Assembly (NCBI RefSeq): GCF_009914755.1
Contig: NC_060947.1
Direction: 5' to 3' (one strand)
DNA length: 64,000 bases
Source: the human T2T-CHM13v2.0 reference genome, Homo sapiens
Shown: one piece after another, positions 1 to 14,790 of the stretch
How the letters are laid out: each line of letters starts with the position of its first letter
Position numbering within the stretch: position 1 is the first letter of the stretch
The notes under the pieces: model-generated
The model's database searches: none
Told to the model about the DNA's origin: nothing
The model's input: the letters and a program-made list of their open reading frames with translations, nothing else
Translations under genes and position numbers: made by a program

Positions 1-240
1 CTCATATGGCAAACAGCATGAATAAACAAGGAAAACACAAGCTGGGAAAATTATTGATAATAGACAAAGGCATAGTATTCCTAACAATTAACAAGAAAGA
101 CAAATATGCCAATAGAAAAATCAACAAAGGTCATGAATGGGATATTTACAAAGAAGAAATATAAATATGCACATGGCTGCCAATAAACATCCAAGAAAAC
201 ATTCAATTTAACCAGTAGTCAAAGAAAGGCAAACAAAAGT
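1..240 (+). mobile_element. Old L1 (L1M) ORF2 3' fragment
   Basis: A-rich degenerate match to L1 ORF2 end (gccaatagaaaaa...atatttacaaagaagaaatataaat...gccaataaaca). Confidence 0.6.
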
Positions 241-599
241 TTCTGACAAATCTCAATTCTTGATATATTTTCTTTGCACTTACATAATATAAAAGCAGGG
301 TAAGAGAATGGAGAGGTGGGCGGGAGGAGTTGCAATTTTAGAGAAAACGGGCAGGGAAGGTCTCTCAAAGGTGGTAACATTGAAGCAAGGCTTCAATGCA
401 GTGAGAGCACAGGCCATGTGCTCCAGAAGTGTTCCAGGCTGAGGGAAGAGTAATGACAAGGTCCTTAGGTGGGACTAAGCAGTGAGAAAGCCAGCTAGTG
501 TGTGACTGCAACCCCTTGAGCTGAGTATTCGGGAATAAGTGGATATTCTGTACTACCGAACTATTCAGACAGACACATTCTGTGTGATAAGCAAAAAAG

Positions 600-1394
600 T
601 GGATGTTACAACCCACAAAATGGGAAAAACTTTTGCAAATCATATATCTGAAAAGGGGCTTGTATCAACAATATATGAAGAATTCTTACAAGTCAATATT
701 TAAAAGGCAAATAATTAAAAAATGGGCAAAGAATCTAAATAGACATTTCTCTAAAGCAAGTATACAAAAGGTCAATAAACACATGAAAAACGCATGATAT
801 TAACCATTAGGAAAATGCAAATCAAAACTACAATGAAATACCACTTAATGCTCACTAGAATGTCTATAATAAAAAAGAAGTGTTGGCAAGGATGTAGAAA
901 AGTTGGAACCCTAATACATCGCTGGTGGGAATGTAAAATGCTGCAGACACTTTGGGAAACAGTCTGACATTTCCTTAAGTGGTTAAACATAGAGTTACCA
1001 TGTGATCCAGTAATTTCACTCCTAAGTATATACCCAATAGAGTTGAAAACATATTTCCTTACAAACACTTGTGTATAAATGGGCATTTAGGCACATTATT
1101 CATAATAGCTCAGAAGTGGAAACAACCCAAATGTCCATCAACTGATAAATGGATAAATAAAATGTGATATATCCATACAATGGAATATTATTTGGAAATT
1201 AAAAGGGATGAAGTACTGATTCATGCTATATCATGGATGAGCCAGTCACAAAAGATCACATATTATATGATTCCATTTGTATAAAATGATCCAGAATAAG
1301 CAAATCTGTAGAGCCAGAAAGTAAATTAGTATTTGCCTAGGACTGGAGGATATGGAGTGATTTGGGAGCAACAGTTAAGGTATGTAGGGTTTCT
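600..1394 (+). mobile_element. Old L1 (L1MB/L1MC-like) 3' end
   Basis: ORF 603-797 resembles ORF2 (QPTKWEK...IKKWAKNLNRHFSK). Contains acaacccaaatgtccatcaactgataaatggataaataaaatgtg and an L1M-type 3' UTR. Confidence 0.85.
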
Positions 1395-1436
1395 TTAATG
1401 TTACATAAAAATAGTGTCTTATGAATTTAATATTTT

Positions 1437-3925
<2,489 letters not shown>

Positions 3926-5069
3926 TAGACTAATTCCTTTGAAAAATATTAAATTCTTAAGACATTAATATATTTTATGTAACATTAAGTGGAGACTAGA
4001 GTTACAAAGAGGCAGGACCTAGCCCAACTTGGGGGGTGAAAGAGTTGGAAAATGTAAAAGATAATAAAAACAAGACATCAGTTGACTTTGGTCTTGGTGC
4101 CCAGACGAGCCAGAGCTACAGCCTTCTTTAAGGTATTAGGTCAGAGTTTTCTAGGATAGTAGCTGATGTAGTAAGTGTGATCTTTTTGTCTTGGGATCCT
4201 GAATCTTAAGTCCATAATATTGGTGATTTACAACCTGGAAGTGATGAATGCAACACCAGACACCCACCCCCAACATTTCTGCATCACCAGAAGCTACTGC
4301 TGTGATCCCCATGCCTAATGGGGCCCCCTTTGTGAAGTTACACCTAAATTGGAGCTTGAACTTTTTTCCAGAGGAAGTATTTTTAAATGATTAGATTTTT
4401 TATAATGCCAATTTCATTGTAAATCTATTTTGATTGGACATTTAAGACCACTTATAACATTGTTTAATGAGGAAATGTGTCCAGCTTTCAAACAAAGGAT
4501 TTAGAAATGATCTTTTGGAAATGTAAATTATTTTGTGAGCTAGAACTCCCTACATTTCAGAGCTCCTCTCTGAGTCTTGGTGTGGATGTGGAGAAGGACA
4601 GCCTGAGAAAATAAGATAAGGGACTCTAGTTCTTCTTTTACATTAATATATAGTCAAGTTCCTATTCTGGCATTTGCTGCTCTGATTTTCTGGGAACTAC
4701 TTTAGAAGTCTGCGCTTAGCTTGTTAGATATGATTTGCATGCAGTCGACACCCCAGAACTCGCATGTATGATGAATTTCATTAATCTAGTGATTTGTAAA
4801 AAGAGTTTGAATTAAATGCTCCTTCATGCTCCAGAGACTGCACTGGGCTGCTCTGTAATGGTTGCCACAGTTTCTCCAAGGGTAGTGATGTAAAAACGAA
4901 AAGACAACTAGAAATGAAAGATAATCCAGAGACCTGCAGGTACAGCATTGCAGATCTTGAAACAGAAAAATAGTGTAGCTTTATTTAGATGTCTCACTGC
5001 TTTTTTTTCCTCTCTCTCGTTTTGTGAAGATAAATGATACTCTCACTGTGCTTCAGCTTCTTACTCTAT

Positions 5070-5255
5070 AATAGTAGTTTTCACTTAGGTGAGCCTCAAG
5101 CACCTGGAGAGCTAGTAAACATGCAGGTACCCGGACCCCACACGCAGAGCTGCTGATTGAGTGGACTTGTGGTGGGACTGGAGAATCTGCAATTCTAACA
5201 AGCACCCAAGCAGTACTGCTGCTGGTAGACCAGTGAGCACACTTTTCGTAGCATT
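5070..5255. mobile_element. MER5A-like hAT-Charlie MITE
   Basis: cacctggagagct...gtggtgggactggagaatctgcaattctaacaagc...cacactttt. Confidence 0.7.
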
Positions 5256-5834
5256 CATCTATAATATTTAGAAAGCCACTTTCAACTCTAATTTTCTATA
5301 ATTCTGTGATTTCATATTCTGACATCTGAGGCATCTGTGTGAGACCAAAGGTGAGCACTGACGATTGAACTTGCCCAACCATTTTTAGGACTCACCTTCT
5401 TCCTGATTCTGCAGAAACCAAAACATGGCTATGTTTAGTGTCTGCAGAAAGACTGGTCTCGGGTCTAGTTTTAGCCTTGAGGAAAAAAAAAAAAAAAAGG
5501 TGGGAAAGAGAAGAAACAATTCTGAGTTAGAATTAAGATTACCAAATGAGTATTGAATGGCTTCAAAGCTGTTTCCCGGGCACCCCCAAACCCTAGATTC
5601 CCTTGAATCTTTCCTGATTCAGCCTGGTCCCTGGTAGGGAAGGACCCCAGCCTTTAGGAAATATGGGAGAACTGGAGAAATAAAGCAAAGGGGAGGGCGG
5701 TGGCAGTGTGGTAAGAAATAAGTCGAAGTAAATTGGGGACACTTAAGCTTTCAGTTCCTTTAAACATCTGTTTCCTTTGGGCAATTCACACTTCCAGAAG
5801 AGTTCTTGAGATGCCGTTTAAAGATAAAAAAAAG

Positions 5835-5896
5835 TAATGTTACAGCTCTTTTAGAATTTGTCTAGCAGGCTTTCCGGTTTTTACCAGAAAGCCCCC
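5835..5896 (+). pseudogene. U7 snRNA retropseudogene
   Basis: tgttacagctcttttagaatttgtctagcaggctttccggtttttaccagaaagcccc matches U7: histone-HDE-pairing 5' end, U7 Sm site AATTTGTCTAG and 3' stem-loop. It is followed by an A/AT tract. No PSE recognised. Confidence 0.92.
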
Positions 5897-6229
5897 CCAC
5901 CAAAAAATATATATATATATTTTTAAAGAAAAATGGTGAGGTAACTGAACTGTTAGCATGTGCCAAAGTTAGGGTCTTGAGAACCTAAAGTTTTAAAACA
6001 CTTGACTGCTGACTCCAATCCAATATGGGTAGCCCTCACTTCAGAAGACAGTATTTGGTTTTAAAATGTTCAGTTCCACTGCCTTTGTTTTCTGGCCATT
6101 TCTTAGTGGATAAGAACTATGTGGTAACTTGGTGCCATTACTGAACTTATTTTAGACAACTCTTGAGAAATATGGGAAAGTTGAAAAGTGGTCTGTTCCC
6201 CTTCTTTATTTTATATACATAGTATTATT

Positions 6230-6770
6230 TAATATATCTTTATTACATTTTATTTTTAAAATTGTAGCTATTTTATTCATTTTATTGTGCCAGCCATACA
6301 TAATTGAATAATTAAAAATTACTGCCTGAAAGAAAATGTCCCACAATCCCATTAATCAAAGATAACTTCCTTTAACATTTTGCTGTGCATCATTCCATAC
6401 ATTTTTTCAGTGATTAATATCCTTATTTCCCACAAAAATGGAGTCCTGCTATCCAAATAACTTAACCACCTTTTCCTGATAACATTATCGCAGATATTTT
6501 CCCATTTCACTCAATATTTTGCTATGCTACAGGACCCCATTGTATGAATATACCACCCTCTAGGTAATCAGTGCTCTTTTTTGCTATTAAGCAATGTTAT
6601 GATGACCTTTCTTGCACGTGCATTTTTCACATGAGTGTCCATTACTTCCTAAGGATAAATCCGTGTTAGAGGATAAACACTGTAAATGCTTTTAATATGC
6701 AGTACCAAATTGCCCTGTAGAAATGAGCCTGTTTACACACTCTCTCAGCAGTGTCTGATGAGTAATCTGC
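6230..6770 (-). mobile_element. Ancient L1 (L1ME-like) 3' fragment
   Basis: ccattgtatgaatataccac...ttttttgctatta...atgcagtaccaaattgccct...tttacacactctctcagcagtgt resembles antisense L1M. Confidence 0.6.
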
Positions 6771-7204
6771 ATGTTTCAAAATGAGCTTTCATTATTTTTA
6801 AGAAGCGATTTTGTGGCATTAGAGAATTTAAGTGTTGGTTTTTGAATGAAAGCATTGGCAAGCTGAATGAATTTGAAGTGGTGTTGGGCAATATTATTTG
6901 GAGCTGTCTCTCTTCACACAACCTTTCTGCAGCATTTTTGCACTGCCTTGATAATAAATCAGTTCTATTATTAGTGGAAGACAGAGAGACTCTGAAATGT
7001 TTACCATCAGCCTTCCTCTGTGTTTAGGAGCTACGTGTATGAAACTATTTTTCCTCAAATACTATTTTATATTTATCTGTGTAGTTGAAAAGCTTGTGCA
7101 GCCAAGTGTCTGTTCTCACATTTTAGGACTGCATTCAGTTTTGATCTCCTGTTTTAAATATTTTTTGAATCAATAAATTTCTGTGCATGGTGCTTGGCAT
7201 GCAG

Positions 7205-7278
7205 CATATATACATATACATATGTATATGTGTATATACATGTGTGTGTGTATATATATACATATATATATGTATATA
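7205..7278. repeat. Compound (TA)/(CA)/(TG) microsatellite
   Basis: About 70 bp of almost uninterrupted purine-pyrimidine alternation. Confidence 0.9.
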
Positions 7279-7734
7279 ATTAAAGTAAGAAAAATCCAAG
7301 GACCTCTATCTCCTACAAGGCTACAGAGAACTCTTTGAAAAAATACTCCTTTATCTTCTAGGTGAGACAGTTACATACTCATTTGAAAATAAAAAACTTG
7401 GAATTCTAAAGCCGTTCTTGCCAATTCCTGCAAATATAGTGCTCAGATTTCACACCAGGTTATTAACAATGACATGGATGTCTGAAATGCTGGAGAGAGG
7501 GTTGGACCCAGCAATAAAGAAATGTCGCTAGGTTATGTTAAATTTTCCTCTTGGACCTCAAAAAATGCCCCTTTGGCCAGAGCTGGATAAAGTTCCATTA
7601 TAAAAATAAGAGGTAGTACAAAAAATCTGAGAGATTTTTGTACTAAAAATGTACGATTGGCATTCCAAAGAAAGTCGTATCTGATTCTGTATTATTTGGG
7701 GTTCTTGACAGAAACTGGCTTGACAGTTTATCCA

Positions 7735-7980
7735 GCAAACATTACTAAGACATGTTCTGTGTCATATCCATTGTTTTAAGCATTCTATAAATATCAACTA
7801 ATTAAATACCATTTTGTGATCTATGGGTATTCATATTAACCCATTTCACAGATAAGGAAACTGAGGCACAGAGCAGTTATATAAGTTGTCCAAGATCACT
7901 CAGCCAGTGAGTGGCAAAGCCAGCAGTCAAACCGAGGTAGCCTAACTCAAGATTCTGTGCTCTTAATTACTTAGCTATGC
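7735..7980 (-). mobile_element. MIR SINE
   Basis: Core cccatttcacagataaggaaactgaggcacagag...tccaagatcactcagc. Confidence 0.85.
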
Positions 7981-8092
7981 TGCATGGCATATGTAAACAT
8001 ACACACTGTTAAAGCAGTGATGGTTTTTAGGAAATGTTAGCTTATATTTTCGACAGGAGGAAACTGGTCACTATTATTCTCTAATAGACCAT

Positions 8093-8260
8093 ATTTCTTA
8101 CCTTTGACTGCGCATTAGAATCACCTGGGGAGCTTTCCAAACTCAACCCAGACCACATCCCTGACCTAGTAGCTCATTCTTGGAAGGTGAGACCCAAGCA
8201 CCAGTAGTTTTTAAAGCTCCCCAGGTGATTCCAGTGTGCAGCCATGGTTGAGAAGCTCTA
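8093..8260. mobile_element. MER5A-like MITE
   Basis: cattagaatcacctggggagcttt...ttttaaagctccccaggtgattccagtgtgcagccatggttgagaa. Confidence 0.8.
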
Positions 8261-10179
8261 ATCTGGGAGAAGAGTCATTATTGATGGCCAATATTTTATC
8301 AGAAACATCTGATGAAAAAGAGTACTGTGGCCATGTCTTGATACACTTCACTGAGTTTTCTCAGAGGTGAGCCTATTCACAATGGAGCAATCTTCTTCAA
8401 GTGGAGGCAGTTTAAGTCTGAGAAAAATTATTCTTTCTGAAGATGCTGTTTCCAGTGATATTTTAGAAAAGTCAAGGTATAAATCCATTGGTGTTAATGT
8501 AACGTAGCCAGCTGTTTCACTTTATTAGTCAGGTGAGTGGAATATAATGCTCTTACTCAAATCAGTGCCCAGTTGCTTTCGATTGTCTGCCTCTGAATTT
8601 TGAGTTGAATTCCAAAAGAGGTAAGAGAAAATCGGTGGGTAGGGAAGGCAGGCCGCATCTCAGCCAGATGGCTAAACAGCATGAGACTTGGGCTGCATCT
8701 TCAGTCCTCTGTGAATGCTGTAGAATGACTTCTTTCTTTCTTTGACTACACACGTAAGGAAAATATTCAGCACATGAGAATTTGGAAAGAGTTTTTCTGT
8801 TGGAGCAGCTTAGTGAAATCGAATAGCAAGATGCCTTTCAAGAAAAGTGACTTTTAGTCATGGTGGTATGCGCATAGCATACATAGTGTTTAAGGAAATT
8901 GACCAAACATGGGTCAGTAGTTAACAATAAACATTTCTGCTGCTTCATCTGAATCATGCTGGGAAAGTGAACCTGTTGTCTGGGGTATTTATTTTGGAAT
9001 TGCCAGTTTGTTCAAACAAGACTAAGTCACGTTGGGGAAATGGTGAGAACAATCTCTTTTGGCTAGACACTTCGGTTTCAGAAGCCTGTCAGCTTGCAGG
9101 AATCCCCACTAGTTGAGGTGCATTAGGGCATTTCTCATGGCTGTATATGAAAGCTAATTACAGAGGGTCTTGTTTCTGTTTGTTCCTGCCATAAAGTGTC
9201 TTCTAGAATTGCTGTTCTGTGACTGCTGTCTTGGGCCATATTAAAGGATCGTGATGGTGGGAACAGACTGTCCACTGCTGTTATGGGGAACAACAGAGAC
9301 AAATGGTATAGATTCTTGTACTCTTTGTAACATAATCTGTGACCCAAATCATCTTATAAATTGCAAAATGTATTGTAAATACAAAAGAATGTTTAGTAGA
9401 TATAGGTACAATATAAAGAATAATTTTAAAATTCTAACGGGCCCACACCCCCAGTTTAAGAAATGGGAAAATAGCAGCTCCTTAAAGACCTTTCCTCTGT
9501 TCCCTTTCCCAGTTGCATAACCTCCAGAGATAACCACTACCCTGACTTGTCACTCATTTTCTTCCTTATCTTTTTAGCATCCAGAGTTATGTATGTATCC
9601 CTAAACAATATATTGTATGGTTTTGAAAACCAAGCAGCAAGCACAAACCTAGCTGTGCAAGGAAAGAGAGACATTGGTTTTGTTTGATGAAAGCCCACCA
9701 AGTCTCTGGGAGAAATCTGGCTTCTGCTTTCAGAGCTTATTGTGGGGAAGTTGGTGGGTAAAGCCTTGAGTGAATCTGAGGAAAAATGGGTCTCCTGATA
9801 GGCAGGACATTTGACAACACTTAGTGTGGAACTGGTACTGAGCGCCCAGCAGGAATGTGGTGGGGGCACAGGCTGCTCTGCGTTTCCTACTCTTCAGCTC
9901 TTTGATGCCTGCCTCCAGTTCTCAGAAGCCTGCCTTGGAGTGAAATGAGAGTCCTTTGCTGGTTCAGGCAGTGGAGAAGAACAGGAATCTCCTCAGCCCA
10001 CGCCAGGAAAAGCAAAACAGAAGAAGCCTCATCCAGCTCACCCCATCATTGTTTTCAGGTTTAACGGCAGCAGGCATCTTGTGATGAAAGTTCTCAGTGT
10101 GCCCCTCTCTTGAGTCACATTGCACCAATCTGGACTGGTTGTCTTCTTTTAGTACACAGCTGTCATCCGGAGCTTCCCT

Positions 10180-11810
10180 TGGCCTCTCTCCTGAGTCAGA
10201 GCTTCTTTTCTTTTTATATCTTCTGTTTTGCTTGCTGGTTTTAGTGGAGCACTTCCAGTAACTTTGTGAGAAAGGGTACAAGGGAGGTAAGTTTTTCGAG
10301 GCCTTGCATACCTGAAAATGTCTATTCTACTATCATACGTGGTGGGAGTTTGGGAGTAGAATTCAAAGCTCTAAAGGAAAATTAATACGTTGATCTGTTG
10401 TCTTCTGTTTCTACTATTGCTGTAGAGAAGTATGAAGCCATTCTGATTCCTGACAGGATACTTAGGACCTGATTTCTTTTTCTCTCTGCAAGTTTATAAA
10501 GTCTTTTTGTCCCCAAGGATCTGAAATGTCACACTAATGGGCCATGACATGGGTTTGTTTTCATCCACTATGCTGGGCATTCTATGACATACTATGTGCC
10601 ATTTCATTCTGACACCTCAATTCTTCAGTTTTGGGAAATTATTTTTGAAACATTTATTCTCCATTTTTCTTTTCATTCTGCAACTAACACTCAGGAGCTG
10701 GAATCTCCATAACAGTTATCTGATTTTCTGTTTTCTCCTATTTTTCGTCTCTTCGTATTTGCTCTAATTTTGGAGTAATATCTTCTAACACTTCTCTTAT
10801 TTTTGATTTCTCATAATAATTTTCAATTCCAAAAGTGTTTGTTTCGGTTCTTTAGTTTCCTGGGTTAAAAAAATCATTTTCTTATTTTATGGATGTAGTA
10901 TCTTATGTCTCCAAGGATATCATTGGTATATATTTGCTTAATTTTTCTCCTAGGTGTATAGTTTCTGTTCCCAGTGCTCTTTTGTTTGCTTATTTTGATC
11001 TGTCTTCCTTGGTAGAGGCTTTTCTCAGATGTCTGGTAATCCTTGGTTTCTTGGGAACTAGAAAGCTGCTCTGAAGCTAAGCAGGTTGGTGGAGCTTGTT
11101 GAATTTTTTTTCACTATAGAGTGATCTGGGTTGGGCATTTGTTGGGAAATACCTATGACAATATATCTTTAGATCTTTCACCTTGGGTTATTAGATGCCC
11201 TAGAGAAGCCTTCAAGTCTCCTGCAGGAAGGGTAGGTCTAGTGCTTAGTCTGGGAGCTTCTTGGGGAAAGAGGACTTGAGGGCAGTCTCTCTGCATTCAG
11301 GCTTCAGTGTGTATTTGGTCACTTAATGACCCTATTTTCATTAGAATACTCATGACCTGACTATGCCTCCCAGGATAGGTACCCTATGTTTTACCCTCTT
11401 TAGGAAATAATCCTTTGGATATTTTCCTGGCTGGGGAAAGTGCAGTCCCTCTGTGGAATGGAAAGGGGAGCTAGACATAACAGCTTCTCAGATGCCTTCC
11501 TTTCCAGCCTCTGCACGTTTGAGACCCCCTTATCCCCCAGTTTCAGAGGAGCCCTGTGCCCATTTTCAGCTTTGGTCACTGCTGGTTTGAGGTTTTTTTT
11601 TTTTCTTTTTTTTTTTCATCTTTTTCCCTTGCCTGCTGAGTTGGTTACCACTCATCTGTCTGCTTTGGAGCTTCCAAAATGTTGTTCCTATTGTCCCATC
11701 TCCTGTTCTCCTGAGTTTGTCTTTTAAAAAACAATTCCTTTACGTGTTTTTTATGGGGTTTCAAGAGAGTGAAATTAGATGCATGTATTTCCACCGACTT
11801 AACCTGAAGG
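10180..11810 (-). mobile_element. Ancient L1M fragments (T-rich, 5'/ORF1-like region)
   Basis: Long T-rich degenerate tract with antisense-L1M-like motifs (tgttgtcttctg...gagaagtatgaagccattctgattcct, ttcttcagttttgggaaatt). Confidence 0.5.
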
Positions 11811-13544
11811 GTAGAACTGTTGTTTCTTTTTTACATTATTGAATCCAGTACATTTTTGACTATCCAAAGCCCAAGGCTTCTGACCATTTATGGAACACCT
11901 TTGTGCCAGGTACTGTTGTTGAGTTCTTTTCATGTGTAGAGATGCAAGTAGGAATGGATATTATCCTTAGTTTACAAAAGACAAATTGAAACTCAGATTA
12001 AGCAGTGCATCCAAGGTCACTGCTAAAAAGTGGCAGTACTGGGATCTGAATGCAGTCCAAGATTTGTGTTTTGAAACCCTGTGAAGGTTTTTACCAAGTC
12101 CAGTTCTTCCCATACACCAGGGGCCGAGTTGAAATAATGCTTGTGAATCCTATTAAGATCTCTATGAGTTAACTGGACTTTGAAGGAGAAAACTATTCTG
12201 ACATGTTTTGAGTTGTGTAACCTTGATTTACAAAGTGAATGGGGCACCCACAAAGTGTGAGAAGCACCTGCTTTCCCCAGCTGCAGGGACTCTTGCCTCC
12301 CTGCTAGCTTGATGTGTGGCTGAAGGTCATTCATGGGCACTGTTGTGCCGTCTATCTGGAGAACAAAGCATGCATGGTTTTCTGGCCCACCCAGTAGAAT
12401 GTGTGTCTTATGGGTGATATTGTGCAGTAATGAAGGACTTATTTTCTATGTGGCCACAAGGCTAGGTAACTCATTACCCATTCAGTGTCATGAGCACCAG
12501 CATCACATTTCCCTATTGAGAGTTTTGCTTTTTTTGCAACAGTATGGAGTCACTGATTTGCAAAATGAATACAGCCATAAATGGGAGCTGTAGAGTCTTT
12601 ACAGATTTATTCTTTTTTTTTTGTAAACCTTTGTCAAACCAAATTGTTCAGACCAAATTATGTATCAAAAACTGTTTGTTTTCAGCACTAAAGAGCTGCC
12701 TATAGCCTTAAGTATGGACTGGGTGGATTTGAATATTAGAGTATTAGAAATATTGCTAAACAATGAAATCTTTTTTCCCCTCGAGTGTTGAGGGGTGTTA
12801 TCATTCTTGTAACAGGTTTCAGCTTCAGTGAGCTTTCTAAGCATGGCTGCTTAGTTAAGTACAAGATTCTGTTTATATTCTTTTTCATAACTATAGCTAG
12901 CCCTTTTCCTATAAGAATGTAATATAAAATACTGACACATAGCTGAAAATAAGCTTTTTTTTCCCCCAATGCAAAGTAATATCAACCTGCCTCTGCCTAT
13001 GAAACCTTGAAATGAGCTGGGGTTCCATTTTCATACAGTGTGTCAAGCCAAATTATTTTTAGTTTATTTAGAGAGAACCCTTTTCATTTAAAGGGATTGA
13101 AAGAGCACTGGACCAATTTCAGCTGCTTTAAAATGTGCATTCGGGGTCTTTTAATGTCCTCTCCAGTTTTTTGTTTTTGTTTTTAAAAGAACATTACAAG
13201 GACACTCTATAAACTGCATTACTGTATTGGTTTTCAAATTTAACTAGACCTTTTACCTAGAGAAGAAAATGATGGGTAACATATCCCATGAGTATTTTAT
13301 TTGAGAGGAATAAAATGCTTAAAGTATTAAAATATTTTATTTTTAACACTTTTTCATCATGGGGATATCATCTTTTCCATTCTTGCCTAAAGAGAAATAT
13401 TTAGGTGTCTCATTGTAGAAAAATCTGCTATTCCAAAGCCAGATTTCAAATCCCGTGAGAAATGTAGAAGACCTTGTGAAGGCAGACTTGTGATTTTGGG
13501 GTCACCATCACTCTAGACAACCTCGCACAAGGGAGAATGACTGG

Positions 13545-14005
13545 AAAGAAAACTGGACTTCAGAGTCAGATCTAGGTTTCAATCCTGTCTCTACCTTGCG
13601 TTCTTGGAAAAGTCATTTGACCTCTCTGGGCCTGTTTCTGCATCATTAAATGGGGATAATTTGCAGCTTGAGTAGCTATTGTAAGGTTTAGAGAGAATGT
13701 ACATCAGAGGCCTACTGTGGCAACTGGTGTGTAATTGTGGGTTCTGATCATAGTCATAGCCCTAATTGACAGCGTTTAGTACTTGTTAGCTTCTGTTCTA
13801 AGAGTTTTATGTGTATTAACTCACCAAAGCCTCACAACAACTCTGTAAGGTAGGTACTATATTAATATCTCCACTTTACAGATGAGAAAACTGAGGCACA
13901 GAGAGTCTTCCCAGGGTTATACAGCTAGTAAGTGGTGGAGCTGGGCTTTAAACCCACAAAGACTGGCTCCAGAGCCTCTCTCTCAACGGCTATACCTTAA
14001 CCACT
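13545..14005. mobile_element. Two MIRs in opposite orientation (+ ~13545-13730, - ~13760-14005)
   Basis: ctctgggcctgtttctgcatcattaaatggggataat, then ccactttacagatgagaaaactgaggcacagag. Confidence 0.8.
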
Positions 14006-14081
14006 ATACAGGGATGGCTGATAATGATGTTCTGAATCGTGGTCATCTGCAGGGCAGAGTTCCTGCCTCATTCATCTATGG

Positions 14082-14273
14082 CAGGGGTGTCCAAGGGCAA
14101 GAATACAGTCATGGATTCTTAGTTTCTGTTTTGGTTGGCCAGCAAAGCCCCTTCCTCATCCCTCTTTTCCGCTTATTACTAAAGACAGAAACTTAAAAAC
14201 CATGGCTTCAGGCTGCTAAAAGCCTAAAAACAAAACAGAACAACAACAAAATAAGGTGGGTTGGACAAGCTTG
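14082..14273. mobile_element. MER107-like hAT MITE, complete with 8-bp TSD
   Basis: Imperfect TIRs CAGGGGTGTCCAA...TTGGACAAGCTTG. Perfect TSD ATCTATGG at 14074-14081 and 14274-14281. Confidence 0.85.
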
Positions 14274-14593
14274 ATCTATGGAGTACCCGTTGCCTGCTAT
14301 AGGTGGTGGTAGATTCTCCATAAGTGCTTGCTGAATGGATGTATGAAGCACTTTCCATAGCTTACTGAGGTGGGCTACTCTTGCTACACAAAGTGTATTT
14401 TTCCTCAGAGCCACTCTATGCAATTTCCTTGAGCCCCTATGAACCTCCTCTCACCTTTGAGTGCTGGTACCATACTCAGTGTCAGTATTTTCACTGAGCT
14501 TTCCATGGCATGGCCAGCCTGTCCACAATCACCTTCCAGTGACTCTAAAAGATTTCCTTGATAAATATCGACTTTGAAAGCTATTCCACTAAA

Positions 14594-14790
14594 GCAGGGG
14601 TTGGCAGAATTTTTCTTTAAAGGACCAGATAGTATTTTAGGTTTTGCAGGGCACAGGGTCTCTGTCACAACTACTCCACTGCGGCTCAAAAGCAGCCACA
14701 GTGTCCGTGGCTGTGTTCCAAGAAAACTTTATCTACAAAGAGCCTGGCTGGTTGCATTCGGCCCGAGAGTGCTGGTTTTCCCACTTTCTC
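14594..14790. mobile_element. MER58A-like MITE
   Basis: caggggttggcag...ggaccagatagtattttaggttttgcaggg...gtctctgtcacaactactc...gtgttccaagaaaactttat. Confidence 0.8.
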
